The notes under the pieces: model-generated
Databases searched by the model: none
The model's input: only the letters and a program-made list of their open reading frames with translations
What the model was told of the DNA's origin: nothing
Shown: one piece after another, positions 20,942 to 28,994 of the stretch
Layout: each line of letters starts with the position of its first letter
Position numbering within the stretch: the first letter of the stretch is position 1
Program-made: the position numbers and the translations under genes
Source: Acidimicrobiales bacterium
Lineage (GTDB): Bacteria; Actinomycetota; Acidimicrobiia; Acidimicrobiales; SZUA-35
Assembly: GCA_050330635.1 (NCBI GenBank)
Contig: JBHJNQ010000057.1
Coordinates: 42,570-106,569 of the forward strand
Length of the DNA: 64,000 bases
Reading direction: 5' to 3'

Positions 20942-22561
20942 ATGGCGCGCATGGTCCGGCACCACGATTGGACCGCCTCCTCCCTCGGTCCCCCTGAGGG
21001 GTGGCCGCAGGCACTGCGATCGGCGGTGGGGATCTGCCTGTCGTCCCGTTTCCCCATGCTCATCGTGTGGGGTCCCCACTACGTGGAGATCTACAACGAC
21101 GGCTACAGCCGGATGCTGGGCCCCGGCAAGCATCCTCGGGCCCTGGGGACGCCGGCGGCCGAGGTCTGGCCGGAGGTGTGGGACCAGGTCGGCGCCCTGT
21201 TCGACTCGGTGACGACCTCGGGGCAACCGACGTGGGCCGAGGACCAGCTGTTCGTCATCGAACGCGACGGGTTCGCCGAGGAGTGCTACTTCACCTTCTC
21301 CTACAGCCCACTGCTCGACGACGACGGCTCGGTCGGTGGCGTCCTCGACGTGGCGGTCGAGACGACCGACGCCGTCGTGTCCCAACGGCGGCTGACGTGC
21401 CTGGCCGATCTGACGGCGGCGCTCGTGGCGGCCAAGCACGTCACCGATGTCTTCCGGCTCGGCGCCCTCGTGCTGCAACGCTGGCGCCGCGACGTGACCG
21501 CGGTCGACCTCTACCTACGGAGCGACGGCACCCTGTCGCTCATGGCCTCCAACCGTCGCCCCGGCCATCGAGGCGTCGACCCCGAGCTCCTGTCGGAGGT
21601 GGCGACGTCGGGCACGGCCGTCGTCCTTGGACACGGCGGTCCCACCCGCCCGGCCGACCACCTGATCACGTCCATCGGCGGTGGGTTCGACGGCGCCGAG
21701 GGCGTGGTGGTCTTCGCCCTGAACCCGCAACGACCGTTCGACGGGAGCTACCGCACGTTCCTCGACCTGATGAGCCAGGTCATCGACACGGCCCTCGACA
21801 GCGCCTACCGCCGCTCGGTCGAGGTCGGCGAGTACCGTCGCCTCAGCGACTCCCTCAAGCACGCACTGCTCCAACCGGCCAGCGACTTCGCCACGGTGGC
21901 CGCCCGCTACCTACCGGCCGACGGAAGCCTGGCCATCGGAGGCGACTGGTACGACGTCATCGATCTCGGTGACGACCGGCGGGGCATCGTCGTCGGTGAC
22001 TGTGTCGGTCACGGCCTCGACGCGGCCACCGCCATGGCCCAGCTTCGCAGCGCCACCCGGGCCATGCTCCTCGACGGCCAGGACCCGGCGGAAGCACTGA
22101 CGGCGCTCGACCAGTTCGCCGCCACCATCGCCAGCGCCCGTTGCGCCACCGTTCTGTGCGTCGTCGTCGACCGTCGCCGGAGCCGCATCACCTACGCCCG
22201 GGCCGGCCACCCACCGGCGCTGGTCGCCTCGGGCGCCACGGTGTCGTGGCTCGCCGACGGCGGCGGCCCCCCGCTCGGGGTGATCGACGACGTCGTCCGG
22301 GTCAACGCCGTCCACGACGTTCCCCCTGACAGCATCCTCGTGGCCTACTCCGACGGCCTCATCGAGCGGCCGGGCGAGGTGCTCGATGAAGGCTTCGCCC
22401 GCCTGGCCGACGCCACAATCCGTCTGCTGGACGCCCCGACGGTGCAGGACCTGGCCGACGGGCTCCTGAACCTGCTCCTGTCGGGCGACCTGCGCGACGA
22501 CGTCGTGCTGGTGGTGAAGCACCTTCCCCCCACCAGCCAGGCCTACGTCCTCGACCAGTAG
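20942..22561 (+). CDS. PAS / GAF-like / PP2C (SpoIIE-type) serine phosphatase
   Basis: The N-terminal PAS region has WPQALRS..VWGPHYVEIYNDGY..CYFTFSYSPLLDDDGSVGGV. The C-terminal region has GGDWYDV, VGDCVGHGLDAA and AYSDGLIE. The frame stays open upstream, so the start may be earlier. Confidence 0.8.
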   Translation: MARMVRHHDWTASSLGPPEGWPQALRSAVGICLSSRFPMLIVWGPHYVEIYNDGYSRMLGPGKHPRALGTPAAEVWPEVWDQVGALFDSVTTSGQPTWAEDQLFVIERDGFAEECYFTFSYSPLLDDDGSVGGVLDVAVETTDAVVSQRRLTCLADLTAALVAAKHVTDVFRLGALVLQRWRRDVTAVDLYLRSDGTLSLMASNRRPGHRGVDPELLSEVATSGTAVVLGHGGPTRPADHLITSIGGGFDGAEGVVVFALNPQRPFDGSYRTFLDLMSQVIDTALDSAYRRSVEVGEYRRLSDSLKHALLQPASDFATVAARYLPADGSLAIGGDWYDVIDLGDDRRGIVVGDCVGHGLDAATAMAQLRSATRAMLLDGQDPAEALTALDQFAATIASARCATVLCVVVDRRRSRITYARAGHPPALVASGATVSWLADGGGPPLGVIDDVVRVNAVHDVPPDSILVAYSDGLIERPGEVLDEGFARLADATIRLLDAPTVQDLADGLLNLLLSGDLRDDVVLVVKHLPPTSQAYVLDQ

Positions 22562-22578
22562 GCGCCGACACGGGCCCG

Positions 22579-23007
22579 TCAGCCCTGGGGCACCCGCACC
22601 TCGTGGCCGTTGGCGATGAGGGCCCGGCGGAGCCGGTCGGCCACGTCGTCGAGTTCGGCGGCGTCGACTGACGGGTCGGCGTTGCGGAAGTCGAAGTCGG
22701 CCATGGTGTCGCTGGGGAACACGTGCAGGTGGGTGTGGGGCACCTCGTAGCCGGCCACGAGCAGCCCGATCCGTTCGCACGGGAAGGCGTCGCGTTGGGC
22801 CCGACCGAGCTCCCGGGCCGCCGCCATGAGGTGGGTGGCGACCTCGGGCTCGAGGTCGACCCACTGGTCGACCTCCTGTCGGGGGATGACCAGGCAGTGG
22901 CCGACGTGGAGCGGCCGGATGTCGACCATGGCCACGCAGACGTCGTCGGCCCACACGAGGCGGCCCGGGATCTCACCGGCGATGATGCGAGAGAAGATCG
23001 ATGGCAT
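22579..23007 (-). CDS. HIT-family (histidine triad) nucleotide hydrolase
   Basis: Motifs are IFSRIIAGEIP and VPHTHLHVFP (HxHxHxx). Confidence 0.9.
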   Translation of the reverse strand: MPSIFSRIIAGEIPGRLVWADDVCVAMVDIRPLHVGHCLVIPRQEVDQWVDLEPEVATHLMAAARELGRAQRDAFPCERIGLLVAGYEVPHTHLHVFPSDTMADFDFRNADPSVDAAELDDVADRLRRALIANGHEVRVPQG

Positions 23008-23100
23008 GGATCAGAGGCTACGGACGCCGCGGCCCGGGCCCTCGGCATCCGTCGGGCACCGCCTCGACCGCCATCGCCCGAGAGGCCATGCTTGGGGGCC

Positions 23101-23919
23101 ATGGCCAAGAGCGAAACACCTTCCGAGACGACTTCCGGGAACAGCGACGCCACCCTCTACCAGGTGGCCAGGGGCGTGGCGACCATCACCCTGAACCGAC
23201 CGGAGCGCAAGAACAGCCTGGGGGAGGAGCTGGTCGAGAGCCTGGCCGGCGACCTCGATCGGGCCATGACCGACGCCGCGGTGCGGGCCGTGGTGCTGAC
23301 CAATGTCGGCAACACCTTCTGTGCCGGGGCCGACCTCAAGGCCGACCGGCCAGGGGTACCGGACGACGACCGGCCCCGCCGCACCTTCGTCGACGTCATG
23401 GACCTGATCCTCGACGGGCCGAAACCGGTGCTGGGACGGATCGACGGCCACGTCACCGGAGGCGGCGTCGGTCTGGTGGCAGCGTGCGACATCTCGATCA
23501 TGCGCGACGACGCCAAGATCGGCTTCGCCGAGGTCCGCCTCGGCGTGGCACCCGCCGTCATCTCCGTGGTCTGCCTGCCCAAGATGCGGCGGGCCGACGC
23601 CAGCGAGCTGTTCCTCACCGGCGAGCGGTTCACACCCGCCCGGGCGGCCGAGGTGGGGCTGATCAATCGGGCGGTGCCCGCCGCCGAGCTCGACGAGGCT
23701 GTCGACCGCTACCTGTCGATGCTGGTCCGGGGCGGTCCGCTGGCCCTCGCCGCCTGCAAGGAGCTCGTGTCCCGCCTACCCGGCATGGACGACCGCGACG
23801 AGGCCTTCGCCTGGGCCGCGGCCCGCTCCCAGGCGCTGTTCGCCTCCGACGAGGCGGCCGCCGGCATCGCCGCCTTCCGTCAGCGGCGCGACGCACCCTG
23901 GGTGCCGGCGTCGGACTGA
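23101..23919 (+). CDS. Enoyl-CoA hydratase/isomerase (crotonase) family
   Basis: Internal ATG at 23101. Motifs are ITLNRPERKNSL, FCAGADLK, GHVTGGGVGLVAACD and FAEVRLG. Confidence 0.88.
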   Translation: MAKSETPSETTSGNSDATLYQVARGVATITLNRPERKNSLGEELVESLAGDLDRAMTDAAVRAVVLTNVGNTFCAGADLKADRPGVPDDDRPRRTFVDVMDLILDGPKPVLGRIDGHVTGGGVGLVAACDISIMRDDAKIGFAEVRLGVAPAVISVVCLPKMRRADASELFLTGERFTPARAAEVGLINRAVPAAELDEAVDRYLSMLVRGGPLALAACKELVSRLPGMDDRDEAFAWAAARSQALFASDEAAAGIAAFRQRRDAPWVPASD

Positions 23920-23943
23920 CCGCCGGCGCCGACCGCCCGGCGG

Positions 23944-24060
23944 TCAGTCGAGATCGGGGTAGATCGATGGTGGAGGGCCGGGCACACCCGGACCGTGACA
24001 GACCCAGCAGGCCGAGTCGACCGGACCAGTCCACGCCACCTCGCACGGGACGCAGCTCAT
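23944..24060 (-). CDS. Candidate 38-aa four-cysteine (CxxC..CxxC) mini-protein
   Basis: ATG at 24060 gives MSCVPCEVAWTGPVDSACWVCHGPGVPGPPPSIYPDLD*. This is the C-terminal tail of the otherwise junk ORF 23944..25071. The Shine-Dalgarno sequence is weak. Confidence 0.3.
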   Translation of the reverse strand: MSCVPCEVAWTGPVDSACWVCHGPGVPGPPPSIYPDLD

Positions 24061-24206
24061 CCGCAGGCCGACCCGCCGGTAGCGGGGCACGATACCCGTC
24101 GACGATCGAAGACCGTGGTTGCTCACACCCCTGCTATCGGCCCGGTGGCACCCGACCTGAGCGGATGGGACGACGAGGCTCGGGGTGCCGCCCACGACGG
24201 GTCGGC

Positions 24207-24983
24207 TCAGACCCGCTGCGCCACGTGGGCCACCGTGGTCATCTTGACCGTCACCGCGCCCCCCAGCTCCCCGACCAGGGCCGCCACGGCCGACATCAGC
24301 TCGGACCGGACGTCGACGTCGAGCAGCCGGTGATCGGAGTTGGAGCACAGCCAGCCGATCAGGCTGGGAGCGTCGAGGCGCCGGGTCCACCGGTGCTCGA
24401 GCCGTGTCCATCCGGCGAAGCGGACGTTGGCCGCTATGGGTTCCGCCGCAGGGTCGAAGTCGCTGGCCTTCATCCCCGGCCACACCTCGGCCATGTGGGG
24501 AACCAGACGGGCGTAGAGCTGCTTCATCGCCTCCCCCACCAGGCCCTGGTCGCGCCGGGGGTGGTGCCACACGAGAGCCAGGCGCCCATTGGGGACGAGC
24601 GCATCGGCCACCACGTCGTAGCCGATCGTCGGGTCGACCCAGTGCCAGGCCTGCGCCGCCAGCGCCACGTCGAACGAGGCGGGCGGCAGCACCGCCTCCT
24701 CCAGGTCGACATGGTCGAGGGCGACGAGCCCGGGGCCACACGCCAGTTGGAGCAGGGCGGCCATCCGGGTGTCCGGTTCGAGAGCGTGGACCCGCTTGCC
24801 CAGGGCCAGGAGGGCCTTGGTCGCCTTGCCGGTGCCGGCCCCGATCTCCAGCACGGGACGATCGGTGGTGTCGGCGACGATGGCCTCCATCAGGGCGCGG
24901 GGATACCCGGGCCGGAAGCGATCGTAGAGGCTCGGGTCCTCGCCGAAGATCTGCGCTTGTCTGGTGGAATACGGCTCCGTCAC
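24207..24983 (-). CDS. Class I SAM-dependent methyltransferase
   Basis: Motifs are VLEIGAGTGKAT, ALEPD and QAWHW. The start is uncertain. The listed start 25043 is TTG. I prefer GTG at 24983, which is preceded by GGAG. Confidence 0.8.
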   Translation of the reverse strand: MTEPYSTRQAQIFGEDPSLYDRFRPGYPRALMEAIVADTTDRPVLEIGAGTGKATKALLALGKRVHALEPDTRMAALLQLACGPGLVALDHVDLEEAVLPPASFDVALAAQAWHWVDPTIGYDVVADALVPNGRLALVWHHPRRDQGLVGEAMKQLYARLVPHMAEVWPGMKASDFDPAAEPIAANVRFAGWTRLEHRWTRRLDAPSLIGWLCSNSDHRLLDVDVRSELMSAVAALVGELGGAVTVKMTTVAHVAQRV

Positions 24984-25113
24984 CGGTGCTCCAGCCGTGT
25001 GCACGACCCCGTTGGATTCGATACGCCCGCTCACCACCGTCAACGGTAGACGGCCCTGCGGGTGGTTTCACCTCCCCGGGAGGTGAGGGACGCCCACCGG
25101 GTGGGGGCAGCGG

Positions 25114-25353
25114 TCAGAGGGCACCGACCAACACCCGGATGACGATGAGGACCACGAAGACCGACAGGTCGAGGCCGCCCAGTGGGGGCAGGACCCGCCG
25201 GACGGGAGCCAGCACGGGCTCGGTGATCCGGTACAGACCGTCGACCACGGGCCGGAACGGGGAGTCGGCCCCGATCGGCAGCCAGCTCACCACCGCCCGG
25301 GCCAGGAAGACGATGGTCAGGAAGTTGAGGAGGAGCACGAGGACATCGGTCAT
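25114..25353 (-). CDS. YggT-family small membrane protein
   Basis: Internal ATG at 25353 gives MTDVLVLLLNFLTIVFLARAVVSWLP..LDLSVFVVLIVIRVLVGAL (79 aa, two TM segments). Confidence 0.8.
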   Translation of the reverse strand: MTDVLVLLLNFLTIVFLARAVVSWLPIGADSPFRPVVDGLYRITEPVLAPVRRVLPPLGGLDLSVFVVLIVIRVLVGAL

Positions 25354-25412
25354 CCTTGCATCGTGCCCGGCCGCCGGCCCGCTCCCACCCGGGACGGAAC
25401 CGGCGATCCCCG

Positions 25413-25499
25413 TCACCCGAAGGCGGGGCTCAGGGCGAGGGCCACGAAGCCCAGGCTGGTCAGTGCGATGGTGAGTGCCATGGCCATGATGTGCCGCAT
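25413..25499 (-). CDS. Candidate 28-aa hydrophobic peptide
   Basis: ATG at 25499 gives MRHIMAMALTIALTSLGFVALALSPAFG*. GGGAGCGGAAG lies upstream. It sits 59 nt upstream of yggT and is divergent from the DtxR-family regulator. Confidence 0.3.
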   Translation of the reverse strand: MRHIMAMALTIALTSLGFVALALSPAFG

Positions 25500-25745
25500 G
25501 TGATCTTCCGCTCCCTCGTCCGCCGGTGTCGGCGGGTTGTCGTATGTCTTCGAGTGTGGGGCCGCCGGCCCCGACCGCCATCGGGGACAACCCCCAGCAG
25601 GTGGGCCCCCACCCGGGGACCGGGGACGTGGAGGCTGATCCACGCCGCCCTTACCCCACCGCCCGCCGACGTAAACACCCGAGTGGGCGGGCCCGCCGAC
25701 GAACCCCGTCCGCTTCGGACAGGGCCGAGCGTGCGGGCGGCTAGC

Positions 25746-26426
25746 ATGGCGCCCATGGTCGGTTACACCTCACCGGAGCACCACCCGGCGTTCGAGGAGT
25801 ACTGCGAGACGATCTTCGAGCTGGCCGAGGACGGCGTCAACGTCATCCAGGCCCGGATCGCCGAACGGCTCGAGGTGTCCAGGCCGGCGGTCTCCGAGAT
25901 GGTCCGGCGTATGACCGACGAGGGCCTCGTCGTCACCAACGGCACCACGATCGAGCTGACCGAGCAGGGACAGCAGCTGGCCCGCACGATGGTCCGCCGC
26001 CACCGGTTGGCGGAGCGCTTCCTCACCGACATGCTCGGGCTCAGTTGGGCCGAGGCCCACCACGAGGCCGGCAAGTGGGAGCACGTGATCAGCCCCGTGG
26101 TGGAAGCGGCGATCATGGACGCGCTCGACAATCCGACGACGTGCCCCCACGGCAACCCGATTCCCGGCTCGACCTACGTCGAACCCGATCTCATCGCCCT
26201 GTCGGCGGTGGCCGCCGGGCGACGGGCCATCGTCACCCGCATCCCCGAGGCACTGGAGTTCGCTCCCGGACTCCTCGAGTTCCTCGAGGAGCACCGCCTC
26301 CAACCCGGGGTCACGGCCACCGTCCTGGCCGCCTCGCCGGACGGCACGACCACGGTCGAGATCGATGGCCGCGTCATCGGCATCAGTGCCTTCACCGCCG
26401 AACGGATCCTCGTCAGCGAACGCTGA
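25746..26426 (+). CDS. DtxR/IdeR/MntR-family metal-dependent transcriptional regulator with a C-terminal SH3/FeoA-like domain
   Basis: Internal ATG at 25746. Motifs are IQARIAERLEVSRPAVSEMVRRM (HTH), RRHRLAERFL, HHEAGKWEHV and NPTTCPHGNPIPG. It is collinear with IdeR/DtxR as I recall them. Confidence 0.88.
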   Translation: MAPMVGYTSPEHHPAFEEYCETIFELAEDGVNVIQARIAERLEVSRPAVSEMVRRMTDEGLVVTNGTTIELTEQGQQLARTMVRRHRLAERFLTDMLGLSWAEAHHEAGKWEHVISPVVEAAIMDALDNPTTCPHGNPIPGSTYVEPDLIALSAVAAGRRAIVTRIPEALEFAPGLLEFLEEHRLQPGVTATVLAASPDGTTTVEIDGRVIGISAFTAERILVSER

Positions 26427-26523
26427 GCGGCGGGTCGGGCGATCGGCCGGGCTCGCCGGGCCGCAGCCACCCGGTTAGGTTGGGCGCCGTAGCGATTCCG
26501 TGTGCCCAGGAGGTCCCACCCCA

Positions 26524-27498
26524 ATGAGAGCCGTCGTTTGCAACGCCTTCGGACCCCCCGAGGATCTCGCCATCGTCGATATCGACGAACCGACCGTGGG
26601 CGACGGGCAGGTGCTCATCGACGTGAAGGCCGTGCCGGTCACGTTCCCCGACACGCTGATGCTCGAGGACAAGTACCAGTTCAAGGTGCCTCTGCCCTAC
26701 GTGCCCGGCGGCGAGGTGTCCGGAGTGGTGGCGGCGATCGGCGGCGGGGTCGACCGGATCGCCGTCGGTGACCGGGTGGTGGCGTCGACCGGCGTCTCCG
26801 GTGGGTTCGCCGAGCGGGCCCTGGCCAAGGCGTCCGACGCCCGGATCCTGCCCGACAGCGTCGGCTTCGCCGAGTCGACCGGGCTCGGCTACGCCTACGG
26901 CACGACCTATTACGGGCTGAAGTGGCGGGGCCAACTGGCCGAGGGCGAGACCCTCCTCGTCCTGGGAGCGGGCGGCCATCTGGGGATGACGGCCATCGAG
27001 ATCGGCAAGTTGATGGGGGCCACGGTGATCGCCGCCGCCTCCACCGACGCCAAGCTCGATCTGTGTCGCCGCTTCGGGGCCGACATGACCATCAACTACG
27101 CCCAGGAGAACCTCAAGGACCGGGCCAAGGAGTTGACCGACGGCAAGGGCGTCGACGTCATCTACGACCCGGTTGGCGGCGAGTACGCCGAGTCTGCGCT
27201 GCGGGCGTCGGCCTGGGGCGGCCGGTTCCTCGTCATCGGCTTCACCGCCGGGATCCCGTCGGTGCCGCTCAACCTCACGCTGCTCAAGAGCTGCTCGATC
27301 GTGGGGGTCTTCTACGGAGCGATGATGGCCAACGAACCCAAGCTGGGGGCCGAGATCATGGCCGACCTGTTGGAGATGACCGGGTCGGGCAAGCTCAACC
27401 CCCACATCTCGGAGCGCTACTCCCTCGACGAGGCACCGAAGGCACTGCGGTCGATGATGGACCGCCGAGCCATCGGCAAGATCGTCATCGAGCCCTGA
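26524..27498 (+). CDS. NADPH:quinone oxidoreductase (zeta-crystallin-like MDR)
   Basis: ATG at 26524 is preceded by AGGAGG. Motifs are MRAVVCNAFG, PGGEVSGVV and LVLGAGGHLG. Confidence 0.88.
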   Translation: MRAVVCNAFGPPEDLAIVDIDEPTVGDGQVLIDVKAVPVTFPDTLMLEDKYQFKVPLPYVPGGEVSGVVAAIGGGVDRIAVGDRVVASTGVSGGFAERALAKASDARILPDSVGFAESTGLGYAYGTTYYGLKWRGQLAEGETLLVLGAGGHLGMTAIEIGKLMGATVIAAASTDAKLDLCRRFGADMTINYAQENLKDRAKELTDGKGVDVIYDPVGGEYAESALRASAWGGRFLVIGFTAGIPSVPLNLTLLKSCSIVGVFYGAMMANEPKLGAEIMADLLEMTGSGKLNPHISERYSLDEAPKALRSMMDRRAIGKIVIEP

Positions 27499-27526
27499 TC
27501 ATCGCCCGGGGCGCCGAGGCGCAGGT

Positions 27527-27590
27527 CCCCTGAAGGCCACGTCCCGGTCGACACTGACGTCGCAGGCTGGGCCCGTAGCGCACGGGGGGT
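27527..27590 (-). pseudogene. Relic of the 3' end of a second (paralogous) acyl-CoA dehydrogenase gene
   Basis: The minus strand at 27531-27563 encodes DVSVDRDVAFRG. The intact ACAD tail encodes DISVDRDVAFKD at 27640-27672. The differences are synonymous or conservative (TCC to AGT, both Ser; I/V; K/R). Confidence 0.45.
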
Positions 27591-27607
27591 CCACGGGCCG
27601 GGCCGGC

Positions 27608-28852
27608 TCAGTCGCCCTGGGTACCGACGCGCAGATCCTTGAAGGCCACGTCGCGGTCGACGGAGATGTCCCGGGGCAACCCCAGGACCCGGTCGCCGAT
27701 GATGTTCTTCTGGATCTCGTCGGTGCCGCCGGCGATGTTGGCGCTGAAGCTGCGAAGGGTGGAGTTGACCAACCGCTCGCTCTCCTCGGTCTCGGCGGAC
27801 CAGGCCGCACCGGCCGGGCCGGCCAGGTTCTGCATGATCGAGCGGCTCATCCTGGCGATCTTGGCCCCGTGGAGCTTGCCGAGCGAACCGCCGGGACCGG
27901 GCGTTTTGCCCGCCTTCATCTCGGCCCTGGTGCGGAGGGAGACCAGGCTCTTGGTCGTCTCCTCGACGTAGATCCGCATCAGGTCCTGGCGGGTCACGGC
28001 GTCGTCGAGTCGGCCGTGGTTGCGGGCCGTCTTGATGAGGAAGTCGGCGGTCGGGGTCTTGATGCCCTCGCTGGAGCCGGTCCCGATGGCCACCCGCTCG
28101 TACATGAGCATGGCCGTGGCCAGCCGCCACCCGGCGTTGAGCTCCCCGATGAGGGCGTCGCGGGGCAGGCGGACATCGGTGAAGAAGATCTCGTTGAAGT
28201 GCCTGCCGCCATCGATCTGGTTGATAGGGCGGATCTCGACGCCGGGCGCCCGCATGTCGATGATGAACATCGAGATCCCGGCGTGCTTGGGCACGTCGGG
28301 GTCGGTGCGGGCGATGATGATGCCGTAGTCGGACACGTGGGCCAGCGTGGTCCACACCTTCTGACCGTTGAGGGTCCACTCGTCGCCATCGAGGACGGCC
28401 CTCGTCTGGAGGCTGGCCACGTCGGAGCCGGCGCCGGGCTCGGAGAACATCTGGCACCACACGGTGCGGGCGGCGACGGCATCGGGCAGGTAGGCCGCCT
28501 TCTGCTCGTGACTGCCGTACTCGACCAGCATCGGCACACACATGCCGTGGCTGATGGTGAGCTGCCCCGTCATGTCGTGATGCTTGGCGTACTCCTCCCG
28601 CCAGATCCGCTCGTAGCTCTTGGGCAGGCCCTGGCCCCCGTACTCCTTCGGATAGGTGATCCCGGCCAGGCCGGCGTCCGCCACCTTCTGCTGGAACGCC
28701 TTGGCCGCCTCCAGCTCGTTCGCCCCCCGGGGATCGGGCAGCTCGAAGCGGAGGCCGGTTGCGTGCTCGGTCAGGAAGACCTGGCACCGGGCCCGGAACT
28801 CGTCCTCGGTCTCGGTCTCGGTCGGCGGGGCGTCGGTCTCGGTAGCGGTCAT
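27608..28852 (-). CDS. Acyl-CoA dehydrogenase
   Basis: Internal ATG at 28852 (MTATETDAPP). Motifs are FSEPGAGSDVAS, NGQKVWTT and GGTDEIQKNIIGDRVLGLP. Confidence 0.9.
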   Translation of the reverse strand: MTATETDAPPTETETEDEFRARCQVFLTEHATGLRFELPDPRGANELEAAKAFQQKVADAGLAGITYPKEYGGQGLPKSYERIWREEYAKHHDMTGQLTISHGMCVPMLVEYGSHEQKAAYLPDAVAARTVWCQMFSEPGAGSDVASLQTRAVLDGDEWTLNGQKVWTTLAHVSDYGIIIARTDPDVPKHAGISMFIIDMRAPGVEIRPINQIDGGRHFNEIFFTDVRLPRDALIGELNAGWRLATAMLMYERVAIGTGSSEGIKTPTADFLIKTARNHGRLDDAVTRQDLMRIYVEETTKSLVSLRTRAEMKAGKTPGPGGSLGKLHGAKIARMSRSIMQNLAGPAGAAWSAETEESERLVNSTLRSFSANIAGGTDEIQKNIIGDRVLGLPRDISVDRDVAFKDLRVGTQGD

Positions 28853-28994
28853 GGAGGGCGTCGTCCTTCGCTGGTCGTGGGGGTACGTCGTGGGTCGAGG
28901 GCACCGTCGGGAGGGCCGCAGACCTTCGCCGGCAGCCGGGCCGCCGCGGTTCGACAGGTTCAACAGTGGCACAGATCGGCGGGACCGGCCCAGC

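Noticed and set aside
20806-20997. 63-aa ORF between the metB-like gene and the phosphatase gene
   Set aside because: Its composition is R/G-rich. It overlaps the phosphatase start in another frame, and the phosphatase frame itself is open through this region.
26475-26493. Possible IdeR/DtxR iron box TTAGGTTGGGCGCCGTAGC upstream of qor
   Set aside because: Only the left half-site (TTAGGTT) matches the 19-bp consensus TTAGGTTAGGCTAACCTAA. About 10 of 19 positions match overall and the sequence has no dyad symmetry.
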